A stretch of DNA of 64,000 nucleotides from Planctomycetota bacterium. GTDB taxonomy: Bacteria > Planctomycetota > UBA1135 > UBA2386. The DNA lies in the NCBI GenBank assembly GCA_046290465.1, contig JBKAGP010000001.1, positions 5,856,001 to 5,920,000 of the forward strand. The letters run 5' to 3'. How positions within the stretch are numbered: position 1 is the first letter of the stretch; each line of letters opens with the position of its first letter. The notes beneath the pieces are model-generated. The model was not told where the DNA came from. It searched no databases and saw only the letters and a program-made list of their open reading frames with translations. The position numbers and the translations under genes were made by a program. Shown piece after piece: positions 9,292-18,139 of the stretch.

Positions 9292-10896
9292 TTATTCGGC
9301 GCTGGCCGGCATCGGCAGGGTCAGGTCGAACCGCAGCCCCTGGGGGGAGAGGCGCACGGCTTCGAGGTCGTTCATGAGTTGCAGGCGCGCGATCGCGTAA
9401 TCGACGATCGCGGCGTTGCGGTTGAGTTGGGCGCTGAGCAGCGAATCCTGCGCGTCGAGCTTGTCGAGCGCGGGCACGCGGCCGGCGGCGTAGAGGTCGG
9501 TGGTCGCTTCGACGCGCTGCTCGGCGAGGTCGACCGCAACCGTCTGGATCTCGAAGCTGTCGAGCGCCGCCTGGATGTTGCGCAGCGAACGGCGCACGTT
9601 GGCGGTCAGCGTGTCCTCGGCCTGTTCGCGCGCCCGCAGCGTGCGGTCGAACGTGATCAGCTGGCTGCGGTAGGCGTTGCGCAGCGGGATGCGGTCGAGG
9701 AACAGGTTGAGGTCGACGCCGGCCGACCAGTCGATCTGCGACCAGTCGAGGTTGAGGCCAGCGCCTTCTTCGGAGGGCACCGAGATCGCGGCGGTGAAGT
9801 CGAGGCCGAAGTTGAGCGCGTTCTCGGCGATCAGCACGCGGCGGCCGACGTCGGCGACCTCGTCGATGGTCGTCTGGTAGTCGTAGCGGCGACGCAGCGC
9901 CAGGCGCACGGCCGTGTCCTGGTCGAGGTCGACCTCCTGCACGCCCTGGTCGACCAGGCGCTTCAGCTCCTCGGGGTCGAGGGTGATCTGCGCGGTCACC
10001 GGCAGGCCGAGCGTCAGCTTGAAGCTGTCGAGCGCGTTCTGCAGGCGGTTGGCGGAGCTGACCCGCTGGGCGTCGGCGCTGTACTCACTCTGCTGCGCGC
10101 GACCGAGGTCGACGATCGTGCGGCGGCCGGCGTTGTAGAGCTCCTCGATCTGTTGGCGCGACAGCCGGAAGCTGCTGTAGTTGGCCTCGACGTTGTTGAG
10201 GTCGGCCATCTGCTGCACGACGTTCCAGTAGTCGGCGACCAGGTCGATCGCGAACTGCGAACGGAAGCGCTCGAAGTCGCGGATCGCGTAGATGACGTTG
10301 CGCTCGGCCTGGGTCAGCGGCTCGCGCGCGATGTGGCGGCCGGCGCCGCGCAGCAGCGGTTGGGTGACGGTCAGGTTGAGGATCGAGCCACCGTCGAACT
10401 GGCCGCCGTTGAGCACGCCGCGCAGGAACGTCTGCACGAAGCTGGTCACGATCGACGTGCCGGCCGGGGTGTCGGCCGAGGCGGCCAGGTCGTCGCTCAG
10501 CGAGACGTCCGCGGCGGTGTCCGAGGTGCCGTCGACGTTGGCGCTGAAGCCGCCGCCGAAGCGCACGCGGAAATCGTTGAGCGTCGTCGTCAGGCTGAGC
10601 GCCGCCAGGTAGAGGGTCTCCTTCTGGCGCTGGAACTCACGGCTGTTCTCGGCGGCGACGTCGAGCGCGTCGGCGAGCGACAGCTGGATCGGTTCGCGGG
10701 TGGTCAGCAGGCGCCGGCGCAGCGTGTCGACCGGCCGCTCGACGACGAACTCGCGCTGTTCGCCGAGCACCTGCTCGGTGGCCTTCTCGAGCACGCCGTA
10801 GACGGCGCGGTCGGCCCACTCCCGGTTGCCTTCGGGAGAGTAGCAGGAGGCCACCGCGATGACGGTGACGAACGGGAGGATGCGGGATGCGTGCAA
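9292..10896 (-). CDS. TolC-family outer membrane efflux lipoprotein
   Basis: Lipobox-like VASC; LSLADALDVAAENSREFQ and YNAGR / YAAGR repeats; start (TTG 10896) is an estimate. Confidence 0.85.
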   Translation of the reverse strand: MHASRILPFVTVIAVASCYSPEGNREWADRAVYGVLEKATEQVLGEQREFVVERPVDTLRRRLLTTREPIQLSLADALDVAAENSREFQRQKETLYLAALSLTTTLNDFRVRFGGGFSANVDGTSDTAADVSLSDDLAASADTPAGTSIVTSFVQTFLRGVLNGGQFDGGSILNLTVTQPLLRGAGRHIAREPLTQAERNVIYAIRDFERFRSQFAIDLVADYWNVVQQMADLNNVEANYSSFRLSRQQIEELYNAGRRTIVDLGRAQQSEYSADAQRVSSANRLQNALDSFKLTLGLPVTAQITLDPEELKRLVDQGVQEVDLDQDTAVRLALRRRYDYQTTIDEVADVGRRVLIAENALNFGLDFTAAISVPSEEGAGLNLDWSQIDWSAGVDLNLFLDRIPLRNAYRSQLITFDRTLRAREQAEDTLTANVRRSLRNIQAALDSFEIQTVAVDLAEQRVEATTDLYAAGRVPALDKLDAQDSLLSAQLNRNAAIVDYAIARLQLMNDLEAVRLSPQGLRFDLTLPMPASAE

Positions 10897-11035
10897 GGTC
10901 AGGACAGGCTCGGCGAACGATCTTGGGACGACCGTAGTAGGTCTGGCCCACTGTTTTTTCTCCCCTCGCCGAGGTGTGTTACTACGATACGACGCGTTGC
11001 GAACCGGTCCGGGCGGGCCATGGAGCAGCGGGGGC

Positions 11036-11740
11036 ATGCTGAGCATCTTGATCACCGCGGGACCGACCCGCGAACACCTCGACGACGTTCGATTCCTGAG
11101 CAATGCAAGCTCGGGACGAATGGGCTGTGCGCTGGCCGAAGCGGCCATGGCAGCAGGCCATCGCGCCACGATCGTGCTCGGCCCGGTCGAGGTCACGCCG
11201 CCCGCCGGCGCCGCCGTCCGTTCGGTCACCTCCGCGCTCGAGATGCAGGCTGCCGCTGCGGACGTATTCGCGACATCCGACATCGTGATCGCCGCGGCGG
11301 CCGTCTCCGACTGGCGGCCGGTGGCGCGCGCTGCCGGCAAGCCGGCGCGCCAACCCGGCCGCATCACGGTCGAGTTCGAGCCCAACCCCGACATCGTCAA
11401 GGGCCTGGCTGCGAACAAGGGTGACCGGATCGTGTTCGGCTTCGCCCTCGAGTCGGTCTCCGCGGGCATGCCCGCGGCGATCGAACGCGGTCGTCGCAAG
11501 ATCGTCTCCAAGGGGCTGGATGCCGTGGTCGTGAACCTGCACGACACCATCGGCAGCGACCAGGCCGAGTTCGTGCTGTGCTACGCCGACGGGCGCGAGC
11601 AGCCGTTGCCTCGCTGTGACAAGCGCCAGGCGGCGGAACTGCTGGTGCGCGCCGCGGTCGAGGCGTGGCAGGCGCAGAACGGTTCCGAACCGGGTCGACC
11701 GAACGGGACCAGCAGTCCACCAGAGGACCTACTCAAGTGA
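11036..11740 (+). CDS. coaB: Phosphopantothenoylcysteine synthetase (stand-alone CoaB domain)
   Basis: LITAGPTREHLDDVRFLSNASSGRMG, AAAVSDW, NPDI and GFALE motifs; no CoaC domain. Confidence 0.9.
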   Translation: MLSILITAGPTREHLDDVRFLSNASSGRMGCALAEAAMAAGHRATIVLGPVEVTPPAGAAVRSVTSALEMQAAAADVFATSDIVIAAAAVSDWRPVARAAGKPARQPGRITVEFEPNPDIVKGLAANKGDRIVFGFALESVSAGMPAAIERGRRKIVSKGLDAVVVNLHDTIGSDQAEFVLCYADGREQPLPRCDKRQAAELLVRAAVEAWQAQNGSEPGRPNGTSSPPEDLLK

Positions 11741-14406
11741 GCAGAAAGAAGGACCACGAGGCCGAAGCGGCCCCGAAGCGCGGCACGCGCTTCGTCCCCA
11801 CCGAGGACGTGCCGCTGCCCGGCCTGTCGCCGCGCGCCCGCGAAGTGGTGGCGTTGGCGCTCTGCGGCGTCGCGCTCTACTCGATGCTGTGCCTGGCGAC
11901 GTTCCGGATGGCGGATCTCGACGGCGCGATCCCGACCGGCGGCATGCAGAACCTCGGCGGCTCGTTCGGCTACTACCTGGCGATCGGGTTCACGCGTGCG
12001 CTCGGGCTCGCCGGCTGGGTGCCGTTCCTGATGCTGCTGGCCTACGCGCTGCTGATGTTCCTCGGCCGCAGCTGCAGCCGCCTGACCATCAAGCTGCTCG
12101 GCATCGTCTGCTTCTCGGCGATGCTGGCGATCCTGTTCGCCGGCCACGACGGCCTCGCGGGCGTGCGAGACGCGACCCCGTACGGCGCCGGTGGCGTGTT
12201 CGGCTCGGTGGTCTCGCCCAAGCTCTACTCGGCCTTCGGCGGCACGGGCCGCGTGCTGATCCTGGTGTTCGGCGCGCTGGTGTCGCTGCTGATCGCGACC
12301 GAGTGGATGTTCTCCGAGCTGCTGCTGCGCGCCTACGCGGCGATCGAGCCGCCGGTGCGCCGCTGGTTCGGACGTGCGGTCGTCGCCGGCATCGGCGAGG
12401 TCGAAGAGCTCGAGGAGGAGGCCGAGGCCAAGCCGAAGCGTCGTCGTTCGCGCAAGAAGCCGGTCGCCGAGGAGGTCGAGGAGCCGGAGGAAGAGGTCGA
12501 GGAGGAAGAAGAAGAGGAAGAGGTCGAGGAAGAGGAGGAGGCCGAAGAAGCAGAGGAAGAAGAGGCCGAGGAGGAGGAAGAGGACGAGGAAGAGGCAGAT
12601 GAAGAAGAAGAGGAGGAGCCGGCGCCGAAGGCCCGCCGTTCGCGCAGTGGCCGCAAATCGCGCAAGGCGGCGGCAGAGGAGTCGGAGCCCGAGCCCGAGC
12701 CCGAGCCCGAACCGGAACCGCCCAAGCCCAAGCCGATCGTGATCGTGCGGCCGAAGCCGCGCAAAAAGCGCAAGAAGGTCGCGGCGCAGAGCACGCTGCC
12801 GTTCCAGGACTACCCGTTCCCGCCGATGGAGCTGTTCCAGGAGCCGCAGATGGGCGACCTCGGCGCGACCTCGGAGGTGCTCGAGAAGGGCGGTGCCGCG
12901 ATCGTCAACAAGCTCGCCAACTTCAAGATCGAGGCGCAGGTGGTGGCGGCGTCGGTCGGCCCGGCGGTCACCCAGTACGAGCTGCGGCTCGCCGAGAGCA
13001 TCCGCGTCAACAAGATCGTCGGCTTCGAATCGGACCTCGCGGCGGCGCTCAAGGCCTACTCGGTGCGCGTGGTCGCGCCGATCCCGGGCAAGGACACGGT
13101 CGGCGTCGAGGTTCCCAACGAGGAGCGCGAGAAGGTCTACATGCGCGACCTGCTCGACATGTTCGGCCGCGCCGACGACCATGCGATCCCGCTCTACCTC
13201 GGCAAGGACGTCGCCGGCAACCCGATCGTCGAGGACCTGGCGCGCATGCCGCACCTGCTGATCGCCGGCACCACCGGGTCCGGCAAGTCGGTCTGCATCA
13301 ACACGATCCTGCTGTCGGTGCTGATGACCCGCACGCCGCAGCAGGTCAAGCTGATCCTGGTCGACCCGAAGATGGTCGAACTGCAGGCCTACAAGAAGGT
13401 GCCGCACCTCTGCTGCGAGGTCGTCACCAACATGAAGAAGGCGCCGGGCGTGCTGCAGTGGGCCGTCGACGAAATGGAGAATCGCTACGCGATGCTGTCG
13501 GCCGCGGGCGTCAACCACATCAAGAACTACAACCGCCTCGGCGAGACCGAGCTGGCCAAGCGGCTCGGCCGCGATCCGGACCCGGACCGCGTGCACCTGA
13601 GCTACATCGTGATCGTCATCGACGAGTTCGCCGACCTGATGAACGTCGCCGCGAACGAGGTCGAGGACCTGATCCAGCGCCTCGCGCAGAAGTCGCGCGC
13701 CGTCGGCATGCACGTGATCCTGGCGACCCAGCGCCCGTCCAGCGACGTGATCACCGGCATCATCAAGGCCAACCTGCCGTGCCAGATCGCGTTCAAGGTC
13801 AACCGCCGCATCGATTCGCGCGTGATCCTCGACGTCAACGGCGCCGAGAAGCTGCTCGGCCACGGTGACATGCTCTACATGCCGCCGGCGGGCGGCGCGC
13901 TGCTGCGTGCGCAGGGCACGTTCGTCTCCGACGAGGAGCAGCACGCGGTCGTGAAGTACCTCGAGGACCAGGGCCAGCAGCCGGCGTTCAACCCGGAGCT
14001 GATGCAGCGCCAGTCGAGTTCGCGGCCGTCCTCGGCCGACAAGGACGAGCGCTACCACGAGGCCGTCGAGGTGATCGTTGGCCAGCAGCGCGGCTCGGCG
14101 ACGCTGCTGCAGCGGGCGCTGTCGGTCGGCTACACGCGGGCGACGCGCCTGCTGGAGCTGATGGAGGACGACGGCATCGTCGGTCCGTTCGTCGGCTCGA
14201 AGTCGCGCGAGGTGCTGCTGACGCTCGAGGAGTGGCACGCGCGCCGCGAGGCCGAGGAGCAGGCTGCCGACGACGACGAATACGAGTACGTCGAGGTCGA
14301 GGAGGGCGAGGAAGTGGAGGTCGCCGACGGCGACGACGTCGGCGAGGAGGTCGAGGCCGACGCCGGCGAGGCCGTGACGGATCCGCAAGACGACGAGCGC
14401 GATTGA
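11737..14406 (+). CDS. ftsK: DNA translocase FtsK
   Basis: N-terminal TM domain, acidic linker, MPHLLIAGTTGSGKS, IDEFADLM, ATQRPS and gamma domain; GTG overlaps the coaB stop. Confidence 0.96.
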   Translation: MSRKKDHEAEAAPKRGTRFVPTEDVPLPGLSPRAREVVALALCGVALYSMLCLATFRMADLDGAIPTGGMQNLGGSFGYYLAIGFTRALGLAGWVPFLMLLAYALLMFLGRSCSRLTIKLLGIVCFSAMLAILFAGHDGLAGVRDATPYGAGGVFGSVVSPKLYSAFGGTGRVLILVFGALVSLLIATEWMFSELLLRAYAAIEPPVRRWFGRAVVAGIGEVEELEEEAEAKPKRRRSRKKPVAEEVEEPEEEVEEEEEEEEVEEEEEAEEAEEEEAEEEEEDEEEADEEEEEEPAPKARRSRSGRKSRKAAAEESEPEPEPEPEPEPPKPKPIVIVRPKPRKKRKKVAAQSTLPFQDYPFPPMELFQEPQMGDLGATSEVLEKGGAAIVNKLANFKIEAQVVAASVGPAVTQYELRLAESIRVNKIVGFESDLAAALKAYSVRVVAPIPGKDTVGVEVPNEEREKVYMRDLLDMFGRADDHAIPLYLGKDVAGNPIVEDLARMPHLLIAGTTGSGKSVCINTILLSVLMTRTPQQVKLILVDPKMVELQAYKKVPHLCCEVVTNMKKAPGVLQWAVDEMENRYAMLSAAGVNHIKNYNRLGETELAKRLGRDPDPDRVHLSYIVIVIDEFADLMNVAANEVEDLIQRLAQKSRAVGMHVILATQRPSSDVITGIIKANLPCQIAFKVNRRIDSRVILDVNGAEKLLGHGDMLYMPPAGGALLRAQGTFVSDEEQHAVVKYLEDQGQQPAFNPELMQRQSSSRPSSADKDERYHEAVEVIVGQQRGSATLLQRALSVGYTRATRLLELMEDDGIVGPFVGSKSREVLLTLEEWHARREAEEQAADDDEYEYVEVEEGEEVEVADGDDVGEEVEADAGEAVTDPQDDERD

Positions 14407-14511
14407 TCTTCCCGGCCGCTACTGCTTGTGGGCCCGACCGGCGAGCAGTAGATTCTGTCGCGTAGCGTCCGGTGGTGTCGGACGTAGAGCGCAACTGCCC
14501 GGGAGGGGCAC

Positions 14512-16596
14512 ATGACTGTGAATACGCTGGGCTCTGAATCCCGGCTCGGAGGCGATTCGTTCGCGCCGGGCTCGTCGCGTGGCTCGCGCACCGTCGCGGA
14601 GTGGCTGTGGCCGTTCCTGGTCGGAGGCGTCGCGCTGTTCTCGATCTCCGCGCTGTTCTACTACCACTTCCACCGCGCGGAACTCGAACCACAGAGCTTC
14701 CTGCAGCAGGTATTCGCCGGCCTCTACGACACCTTCGGGTGGGCGCCGTCGGTGGTGTTCTTCCTGCTGGTGTTCGCCTGGTCGCTGATCTGGTTCGTGA
14801 CCGGCGTGCTGGAGAAGCCGGTCTCGCGCGTCGTGCGCCTGCTGGTGATGGCGGTCATGCTCGGGGTGTTCTTGAACCTCGGCGACGGCGGCGTCGTCTC
14901 CGAACCGCACAAGGGCGCGTTCGGTGCCTGGTTGGCCGGCCGGCTGGTCGGCGCGATCGGCTACGTGCCGAGCCTGGTGATGGTCTGGGTGACGACGTTC
15001 GCGTCGCTGCTGCTGGCCACCGACTGGTTCTTTAGCGAGTGGTTCGAGCGCTCGCGCAAGGCGGCGACGTTCGAGGTCGGCGTCGAGGAGCAGGTCACCG
15101 ACCACCTGCGCGGCCTGTCCGAGATCGCCAACCGTCCGGAATCGACCGAGGCCGGCGCGGCCAGCGCCGCCGTGACGATCGACGCCGGCGACGCGCCCGC
15201 AGACGGAGCCGCGGTCGGCGCCGACGAGCAACGGGACGACGATGGCCCGGAGCGACAGGACGCCGCCGGCGGGGATCCTGCCGAGCCCGAAGCGGCTGCC
15301 GAGCCGGTCGTGCACGTCGAGCGACGCCTCAGCTACGCCGAACGACGGCGCCTGCGCGCCGAGCGCGATGCCGCCCAGGCCGAGCCGCCGGTGCCGGTGC
15401 CGCGCCCCGACCCGCAGCCGGCAGAGGAGCCGTCGTCCCGCCCCGATCCGGAGCCGGCGGAGCTGGCGCGCGCGGTCGGCTCTGCCCTCGACGAGCTGGC
15501 CGAGAACGCACAGGCGGGCGGCGCTGCGGTGTCCGAGGACGAGCTCGCGGGGCTGTTCGGAGACGCGTCCGCAACGGCCGAGGACGACGACGACGTGGTG
15601 GTGGTCGCGCCGGAGCACGTCGAGGCCGAGGAGATCGAACTGGTCGACGAGGACCCGGACGAGGACGAGGACGCCGAGGCCGTCGACGACGACGAGATCG
15701 CGGCGGACGAGATCGCCGAGGAAGGCGACGACGAGTCCGAGGACGCCGAGCTGGGTGAGCTCGACGAGGACGACGAATCGGACGACGCCGACGAGGACGA
15801 CGACGAGGAAGAGGAAGAAGAAGAGGACGAGGACTACGGCGAGGAGGACGTCGACGAAGACGACGAGGAGTCGGCGGAGCTCGAGTCGGACGACGACGAG
15901 GTCGAGGACGAAGAACTCGAAGACGAAGAGTTCGAGGACGAGGAACTCGACGACGACGACGACGACGAAGAAGAAGAAGAAGAAGAAGAAGAAGAAGAAG
16001 AAGAAGAAGAAGAAGAAGAGGAAGAGGACGAGGACGAGGACGAGGACGAGGAAGGCGAGTACGCGGAGTACGACGAGGACGAGGAACTCGAGGAAGGCGA
16101 CGAGGAGGAGGACGAGTCCGACGCGGACGATGCCGACGACTCGGGCGATGACGAAGTCGAACTCGAGGCCCAGCTCGACGACGAGGAGGCCGACGACGAG
16201 GAGGCCGACGAAGACGAGTTCGAGGCCGATGAGGACGACGACGACGACTTCGTCGAGTCGACGGCCGACGCCCCGACCGAACCCAAGGAGACCGTCGTCG
16301 CGATCCCGCGTCCGGACGAGATGCCCGAGCCGGTCCAGCCGACCCCACCGGTGAGCCCGGCTGCCCGCGCCGAAGCCGAGCCGCAGCCCGAGCCGTCGGC
16401 CCCTGGCCGCCAGCAGAAGCTGTTCGGCGGCGGCGTCGACGAGGACCTGCTGGTCGAGGCCCGCGAACTGCTGCGTTCGGGCCGACGGCCGACCGCAGCG
16501 CTGCTGCAGCGCAAGCTGCGCATCGACTACGAACTGGCGCAGGACGTGATCCACGAGCTGGAGGCGCGCGGGCTGCTGGCGGAAGACGAGGCGTGA
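14512..16596 (+). CDS. FtsK-like protein: TM domain, very long acidic linker and gamma-like winged helix, with no ATPase motor
   Basis: LLATDWFFSE resembles LIATEWMFSE in the adjacent FtsK; C-terminal LLQRKLRIDYELAQDVIHELEARGLL is gamma-like; no Walker motifs. Confidence 0.8.
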   Translation: MTVNTLGSESRLGGDSFAPGSSRGSRTVAEWLWPFLVGGVALFSISALFYYHFHRAELEPQSFLQQVFAGLYDTFGWAPSVVFFLLVFAWSLIWFVTGVLEKPVSRVVRLLVMAVMLGVFLNLGDGGVVSEPHKGAFGAWLAGRLVGAIGYVPSLVMVWVTTFASLLLATDWFFSEWFERSRKAATFEVGVEEQVTDHLRGLSEIANRPESTEAGAASAAVTIDAGDAPADGAAVGADEQRDDDGPERQDAAGGDPAEPEAAAEPVVHVERRLSYAERRRLRAERDAAQAEPPVPVPRPDPQPAEEPSSRPDPEPAELARAVGSALDELAENAQAGGAAVSEDELAGLFGDASATAEDDDDVVVVAPEHVEAEEIELVDEDPDEDEDAEAVDDDEIAADEIAEEGDDESEDAELGELDEDDESDDADEDDDEEEEEEEDEDYGEEDVDEDDEESAELESDDDEVEDEELEDEEFEDEELDDDDDDEEEEEEEEEEEEEEEEEEEEDEDEDEDEEGEYAEYDEDEELEEGDEEEDESDADDADDSGDDEVELEAQLDDEEADDEEADEDEFEADEDDDDDFVESTADAPTEPKETVVAIPRPDEMPEPVQPTPPVSPAARAEAEPQPEPSAPGRQQKLFGGGVDEDLLVEARELLRSGRRPTAALLQRKLRIDYELAQDVIHELEARGLLAEDEA
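15949..16017 (+). repeat. (GAC)6(GAA)17 in-frame trinucleotide microsatellite
   Basis: Read directly; encodes a poly-Asp/poly-Glu run. Confidence 0.95.
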
Positions 16597-16704
16597 CCGC
16601 GCGCCGGCGCGCCCGGAATCCGGCCGCCGGGGTGCGAAAAGTGCGCGCGCATCCGATGCCTTCGGAGCGGCCTGCTGGTGGGGCTGCGCGTTCGTTCGTC
16701 CCCG

Positions 16705-16736
16705 CTTTCCCCAGGCTTGTCCACAGGGTGTCCACG
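16705..16736 (+). promoter_or_regulatory. Three co-oriented DnaA-box-like 9-mers upstream of dnaB
   Basis: CTTTCCCCA (16705), TTGTCCACA (16717) and GTGTCCACG (16728) compared with consensus TT(A/G)TCCACA. Confidence 0.6.
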
Positions 16737-16789
16737 GGTCGCAGCCTTGCGTCGGCGCGTGGGCACGGTAACTAGGACCGGCTCAGCGG

Positions 16790-18139
16790 ATGGTGGACTT
16801 CAAGCAGAACTTCGACGGCCGCGGCGTGCCGCAGAACCTCGACGCCGAGCGCTCGGTGCTCGGTGCGCTCCTGTTGCACACGGACGCCGTCGTCGACGTC
16901 ACGTTCCTCAAGCCCGACGACTTCTACCTGCCCAAGCACCAGCAGATCTTCCAGGCGCTGCTGACGGCCTACAACACGCGCACGGCGACCGACCCGATCG
17001 TCGTCGGCGAGGAACTCGACCGGCAGGGCAAGCTCGACGAGGTCGGCGGCCATGAGCAGCTGATGGACCTGATGGAAGGGGTCATCACGGCGGCGGGCGT
17101 CGTCTACCACGCCGAGATCGTGCGCGAGAAGGCGATCGCGCGCCGGCTGCTGGAGACCTGCCTCGACGTCGCGCGGCGCACCTACGACAACGAGAGCGAG
17201 GCCAAGGAGCTGCTCGACGAGGCGGAGCGCAAGATCTTCGAGATCTCGGGCATGGACAAGAGCGGCGACGCGGTCAGCATCGCCGACGTGCTGCAGCTGA
17301 CGTTCGAGAAGATCGACCGGCTGCGCGAGCGCGAGGGGCGCCTGACCGGCCACGCGACCGACTACTACGACTTCGACGACATGACCGGCGGCCTGCAGCC
17401 GGGCGAACTGGTGATCATCGCGGCGCGTCCGTCGATGGGAAAGACCACGTTCGCGCTCAACCTGACCGAGCGTGTCTCCAACCACGGCAAGGGCATCGCG
17501 TTCTTCTCGCTCGAGATGTCCAACCAGCAGGTCATCCAGAACATGCTCTGCTGCCGCTCGCAGATCGACGGTTCGGCGATGCGCAAGGGCCGGATCACCG
17601 ACCAGCAGTACAAGCGGCTGCAGGAGGAGGCGGCGAAGCTCTACGAGACGCCGATCTTCATCGACGATACGCCGGGCATCTCGATCACGCAGCTGCGCGC
17701 CAAGGCGCGCCGCCTGAAGCAGAAGCACGGCATCGACATGATCGTCGTGGACTACCTGCAGCTGATGACCGGCGGCGGCCGCTTCGAGAGCCGCCAGCAG
17801 GAGATCTCGGCGATCTCGCGTGGTCTGAAGAGCGTGGCGCGGGAGCTTTCCGTGCCGGTGTTGGCGCTGTCGCAGTTGAATCGTGACGTCGAGAACCGCG
17901 ATGATCACCGGCCGCGCATGAGTGACCTGCGCGAGTCCGGCGCGATCGAGCAGGACGCCGACGTGATCCTGCTGCTGCACCGTGACGACTACTTCAATCC
18001 GACCGAAGAGAACCGCGGCCTCGCCCAAGTCATCATCGCCAAACAGCGCAACGGCCCGACCGGTGAGGTCGCGCTGCGCTTCTTCCGCGAGTACATGCGA
18101 TTTGAGAACTACACGCGCAGAGCCGAGCCGATGCAGTAG
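16790..18139 (+). CDS. dnaB: Replicative DNA helicase
   Basis: AERSVLG, AARPSMGKT, FSLEM, VDYLQLM, SQLNR, SDLRESGAIEQDAD and KQRNGPTG. Confidence 0.98.
   Translation: MVDFKQNFDGRGVPQNLDAERSVLGALLLHTDAVVDVTFLKPDDFYLPKHQQIFQALLTAYNTRTATDPIVVGEELDRQGKLDEVGGHEQLMDLMEGVITAAGVVYHAEIVREKAIARRLLETCLDVARRTYDNESEAKELLDEAERKIFEISGMDKSGDAVSIADVLQLTFEKIDRLREREGRLTGHATDYYDFDDMTGGLQPGELVIIAARPSMGKTTFALNLTERVSNHGKGIAFFSLEMSNQQVIQNMLCCRSQIDGSAMRKGRITDQQYKRLQEEAAKLYETPIFIDDTPGISITQLRAKARRLKQKHGIDMIVVDYLQLMTGGGRFESRQQEISAISRGLKSVARELSVPVLALSQLNRDVENRDDHRPRMSDLRESGAIEQDADVILLLHRDDYFNPTEENRGLAQVIIAKQRNGPTGEVALRFFREYMRFENYTRRAEPMQ

Noticed and set aside
15242..16354. Poly-Lys, poly-Phe and poly-Ser ORFs in alternative frames
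   Set aside because: By-products of the GAA/GAC tract in the acidic FtsK-like gene
16597..16789. oriC at the DnaA-box cluster
   Set aside because: Only three boxes, no AT-rich unwinding element, and no dnaA/dnaN nearby; kept only as a regulatory candidate
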